DNA of 64,000 nt from Pseudogymnoascus verrucosus. Taxonomy: Eukaryota. Under the pieces are notes generated by a model. That model was given only the letters and a program-made list of their open reading frames with translations. It was not told where the DNA came from and ran no database searches. The stretch is taken from NCBI GenBank assembly GCA_001662655.1, contig KV460216.1; one strand, written 5' to 3'. The position numbers and the translations under genes were made by a program. Shown here one piece after another: positions 60,213 through 64,000 of the stretch; positions within the stretch are counted from its first letter, which is position 1, and each line of letters begins with the position of its first letter.

Positions 60213-62307
60213 CAAATCCCGAGTGCTCTCTTGAGGAGTCCTCAACTTTTTTGCTGTTTGCTGTTTGCAGTTTGTGGTGGTGGTAGTGGGGCGTGGAGGA
60301 GATTTTTTTTAGGTGGGGGTTGACATACGCTTGGCGGCTTGTTTAATCGAATCTTTAATATTCATTTTTTGATGTTTCTATTTACCCTGGGTTATGAGAG
60401 CAAATATAGCTTTTCAATGTATAAAATCGTCTATTATTGTTGTCGTTTTGCTCTTGTTAGACGGTGATATTCCCATGATGCGGCGGCGGGCTAAAAATAA
60501 GTTTTCTGATGTCGAGTTTTCCAACGTCGGCGATAGTCAAAAAATCTCCCCAAAAGCTTCCAAATCCTAAATATTAACGGAACGCCTCGTAATTTTCGGA
60601 GTCACTCTACAGGACCGTGAAGGCATTCTACAGGTCGAGTCTACGTAAATCCACCTCTCCAACAGGCCAGCCAGCGACTTTCGCGCCGAAGCTCTTTTCC
60701 CAAATCGACCAAAATTATAAAACAGCATTCTGCTAACAAGCCAGGCCGATTGATCTTTATTTCGGTATATGAGGAGATAAACCATTGGGCTTTTTTCAGG
60801 TCGATTTCTCCAATCGAGACCTGCAGCCTAGCCTGCATCTATATAAAATGCAAGTCCAAGCACTGCAAAAGACGGGTAAGAGATGCCTGAGTACCCATTT
60901 CCAACCCACAAAGCCTAGCACAAACAAAATATACAGCGAGAGAAGCCCAAGCTCCCATTTTAAGCTCTTCAAACTCACCATAGTCGCAAATCAACTCGTG
61001 TTTATCGCCGTGCGCATACGTGGGAGTGGGACGGCGGATATCATTGCTCATGCACCCCCTTCTCCCCCCCTGACATTTAGAACAACGTTAACCTAGAGCA
61101 TATCGCAATAGACGAGGTTGGACGTTTCAACCGTGCTGAGTACCTGATGGCAATGACTCAAGGTTGGAGGCCGCACCATCCCAGCCGGGACCAGCTCTGC
61201 CGAGATGCGTGCTCTTGCCACTCGTAGGCCACGCTGCAGCGTAGCTGAGGTGATAGATGGATTCCGGGCCATTTTAATACAGAGCAGTACATGTTACTCG
61301 TCGATCTGTGGGAAGAGAGCGGCTGTCGTGGGGTGTCGCTGGCGACAGCGACAGCGCTCATCGACAGTAACAGCACCAGGGCAACGAGAATAACCACAGC
61401 AACAGGATAGCAACGACGGCAAGAAGGAGCTGCCAAATTTCTCCGAACACGATGAACGTACGCCGAATAGAGGAGAGAAACTACTGGAAGCTTTATGCGA
61501 CTTCTCACGTATGGCAGCTCTCATCTTTCAGCGGCAAATTAAAAATTTCACCAATTCGCGAGTCCCAAGGGCTTTTTGACGGTTTCTCCTCTTGCGTCTC
61601 TTCGATGCCTCTATGGTGGGTTCCTTTACCTCTTCTGCGCTGTCGGCTTCTCCTCCCCTCCTGCGCCTTTTTGCTGGATTATCTGCTGCTGGTGTTTTCT
61701 TTTCTCACTTCTACAGCTCCAGCTTTCTTTTGTGCGGTAGCTGATGCTTCTTTTGCATTCTGCAGGTGGGAGGGGTAATGAGTGAGCTGTTTTGTTTGCT
61801 GCGGTCTCGGTCATGTCGGTATGGGACGGGGGACTGAGTTGATCTGGGAGATGCGCGGGTTGGCGTCTCCAGGAGCACATATAACAGATTGGTGAATGGG
61901 ATTGGAAAGCAATGGGGTTAAATGACAAGTTTTAAAGTAAGCCCAGCAGCAGGGCAAGTTCAAGAATAAAGATTTGGAGCAAGTTCTTCAAGAGTAAGCT
62001 AAACAGAAAGTCCAAGAGCAAGTTCTTCATACGTTCAAATAGAAGCAAGCCTCAGAAGTAAGTTCTTCATAAAGATCAGCTGTGAGTTCAGCTGCGAATT
62101 CAACAGCATGTTATTTCAAGGCGTGAATAGAATGTACACCAAGACCTCACTCTCTATCATCTCATCTCATTTAAAATCCCACATCCCACATCTCATATCC
62201 ATAATCCATATCCCTCTCACCCACAACTCGCTGCAGAGGATACAAGCACCTCCCCCCTTCTCAATCCCACCTGCCGCGTTGTCAACCATCCAGTATCCAA
62301 CAGCCAG

Positions 62308-62351
62308 CCAGCACTCATCCAGCACTCGTCCAGCACTCATCCAGCACTCAT
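62308..62351. repeat. 11-bp minisatellite x4
   Basis: CCAGCACTC(A/G)T x4. Confidence 0.9.
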
Positions 62352-63185
62352 CAAGCCTCCTCCATCACCCGGCCCATCAGTCAGCAAGCAAGCAAGCAAC
62401 AGCTCCGATCATATCAGATCAACACATTACACCTCAGATCAGACTAAAACAAGAACGTAAGTCAGCACGAACTGACACCTAGAACGGCAAACCCCAAAGC
62501 CAATGACGACATACCGCCGTTCTCGTCACGGGTCTCGGGCCGAGAGCGAGTGAGTGTCTCGGGGGAGATAGGACGGGATGGAAGGTGAGCGGATTTACGT
62601 TTGCGGCCTTGGTGGTATAGTATAGTTTGGAAAGGGGATGAGGTAAGTGGGAGGTGAGAGGAGGGCGGAGGATGGGAGGTGGGAGTTGAGGGAATTGCGA
62701 GTAAAAATAAAACCCCAAGATCTCAGGGTTCTTCAGTTGTTGACAGATAGGACCAGCAAAGCAGACTTCATATTCACCATCAAATCCAATACAATTCACA
62801 CCCCAAAGATCGAAAGGTGGTTAAAAAGATATTAAGAAATACCATTCATCTATATCCCCCCAACCCCTCTAAATATTCCCCCCAGTAATACAGAAACCCC
62901 GCCCATCCACTTGCACACGCACACACACAATGGTATGATGTTGCCTCTCTCGTGCTTCTACCCCTTCCGAAAATCAGATCAGGTCCAATTTATCGGTTTT
63001 TCTCCCTTCCATCCGCGTAATTACCTCCTCCACCCTTCTTCCCCTTCTTTCGTCCCCGTTCAACTCACAAAGTTCACCTGAGACGCGCTGATGAGGCACT
63101 CCTGAAAGCGCAACCCGAACGCGCACTCAAGATCACCCATCCACTGACTTTCTCACCAAGCAGTCCAACACTAACAGACCGCTCC

Positions 63186-63951
63186 TTACAACAGCATAGC
63201 CGCAACAGCCATAACAGCCGCCGCCGCACCGCTGCCTCCCATCCTGCTAGCCGCACCACTCGCATTCGGCGCCGGGGTCTGGGTGAACGCGCCCGTTGGC
63301 TCCTGCTGTGGAGCTCCGCTGCTGGTGCCGGCGGCGGCGCCGGTGGTGGTGGCAACGGCGGAGGTGGCAGCGGCGGATGTGGCAGCGGCGGAGGTGGCGG
63401 CAGAGGTAGGGGGGAAGGAGGAACCGCCGAACGATCCCTCGTCGGCGGAGGAGGGCGCGGTGACGAGGGTGGTGGGGGTTGCGGCACCGCCTGCTGCTTG
63501 GGTGGTGACTGCGCCGCCGGCTGCGGCGGAGGAGGAGCCGGAGCCAGAGCCGACTACTTTGCAGAGCTCGCCGGTTAGGGAGAGGACCTCTGTGGGTGTG
63601 TTAGTGATTATTATTTGCATTGAGTTTTGTGATGGATGTGAGAAATGGATAGGTGTCTTGGCAGTGAAATTGAAATTGGATATGAGAAATCCAGGACAAA
63701 AAGAAAAACGTACTAATAGCATCAGCAGCCTGGCACTTGGTGGTGACACAAGGAGTAGCCGAAGTCTGGATAGCAGACATCTTGCCGCACTGGCACGCAT
63801 AGTCGGTGATGGCGCAGTTCTGTCCCGCGGATGCGGTGGCGATGCAGGTCAGCGCGCACGAGGGGATCTGGGACACGATGCTCGCGACGTCCTGGGCGGC
63901 GACGGAGGTTGCTGCTGCGACGGCAGCGATGAGGGCGAGTGAGAAGCGCAT
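63186..63951 (-). CDS. CFEM-domain GPI-anchored cell-wall protein
   Basis: Signal peptide, IPSCALTC..C..TDYACQC..C...C, intron ~63589-63713, Ala/Ser/Thr-rich stalk and a hydrophobic GPI signal. Confidence 0.95.
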
Positions 63952-64000
63952 GGTGAAGTTTTTTTTGAGGTGAGAAGAATTTGACTTGGCTTTTGGCTTT

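Noticed and set aside
60300..63000. Telomerase RNA candidate
   Set aside because: No TAACCCTAA-type template seen on either strand.
63283..63942. 219-aa plus-strand ORF
   Set aside because: Antisense shadow of the GC-rich CFEM gene.

Overview
Eukaryotic DNA from a filamentous ascomycete: it has spliceosomal introns and RIP-like C>T damage. A Leotiomycete such as Pseudogymnoascus is a guess only. The window has three zones. (1) 1-18.1 kb is an AT-rich, RIP-degraded nest of chromodomain Ty3/Gypsy LTR retrotransposons. It holds one family-A element (minus strand), two family-B copies (plus strand) with 299-bp LTRs, and an inverted solo LTR with a 5-bp TSD. (2) 18.1-31.6 kb is an accessory zone: a hAT-type MITE, an NLR/NACHT relic, a divergent RTA1 + Zn2Cys6 TF pair, two small secreted Cys-rich proteins, and a lightly mutated pogo/Fot1 transposon. 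(3) 31.7-64 kb holds conserved genes: AME1/CENP-U-like, Mid2-like, NmrA-like, Ppc89/Cep57-like, SET/MYND, acyltransferase-3, GH20, IKS1, CET1, RPN2, tRNA-Lys and CFEM. Main observation: both retrotransposon families carry an antisense gene downstream of pol that encodes a Zn2Cys6-like cluster plus a helical region once RIP changes are reversed. In family B this gene has three exons and two phase-0 introns. All alignments, translations and splice calls were made by eye.
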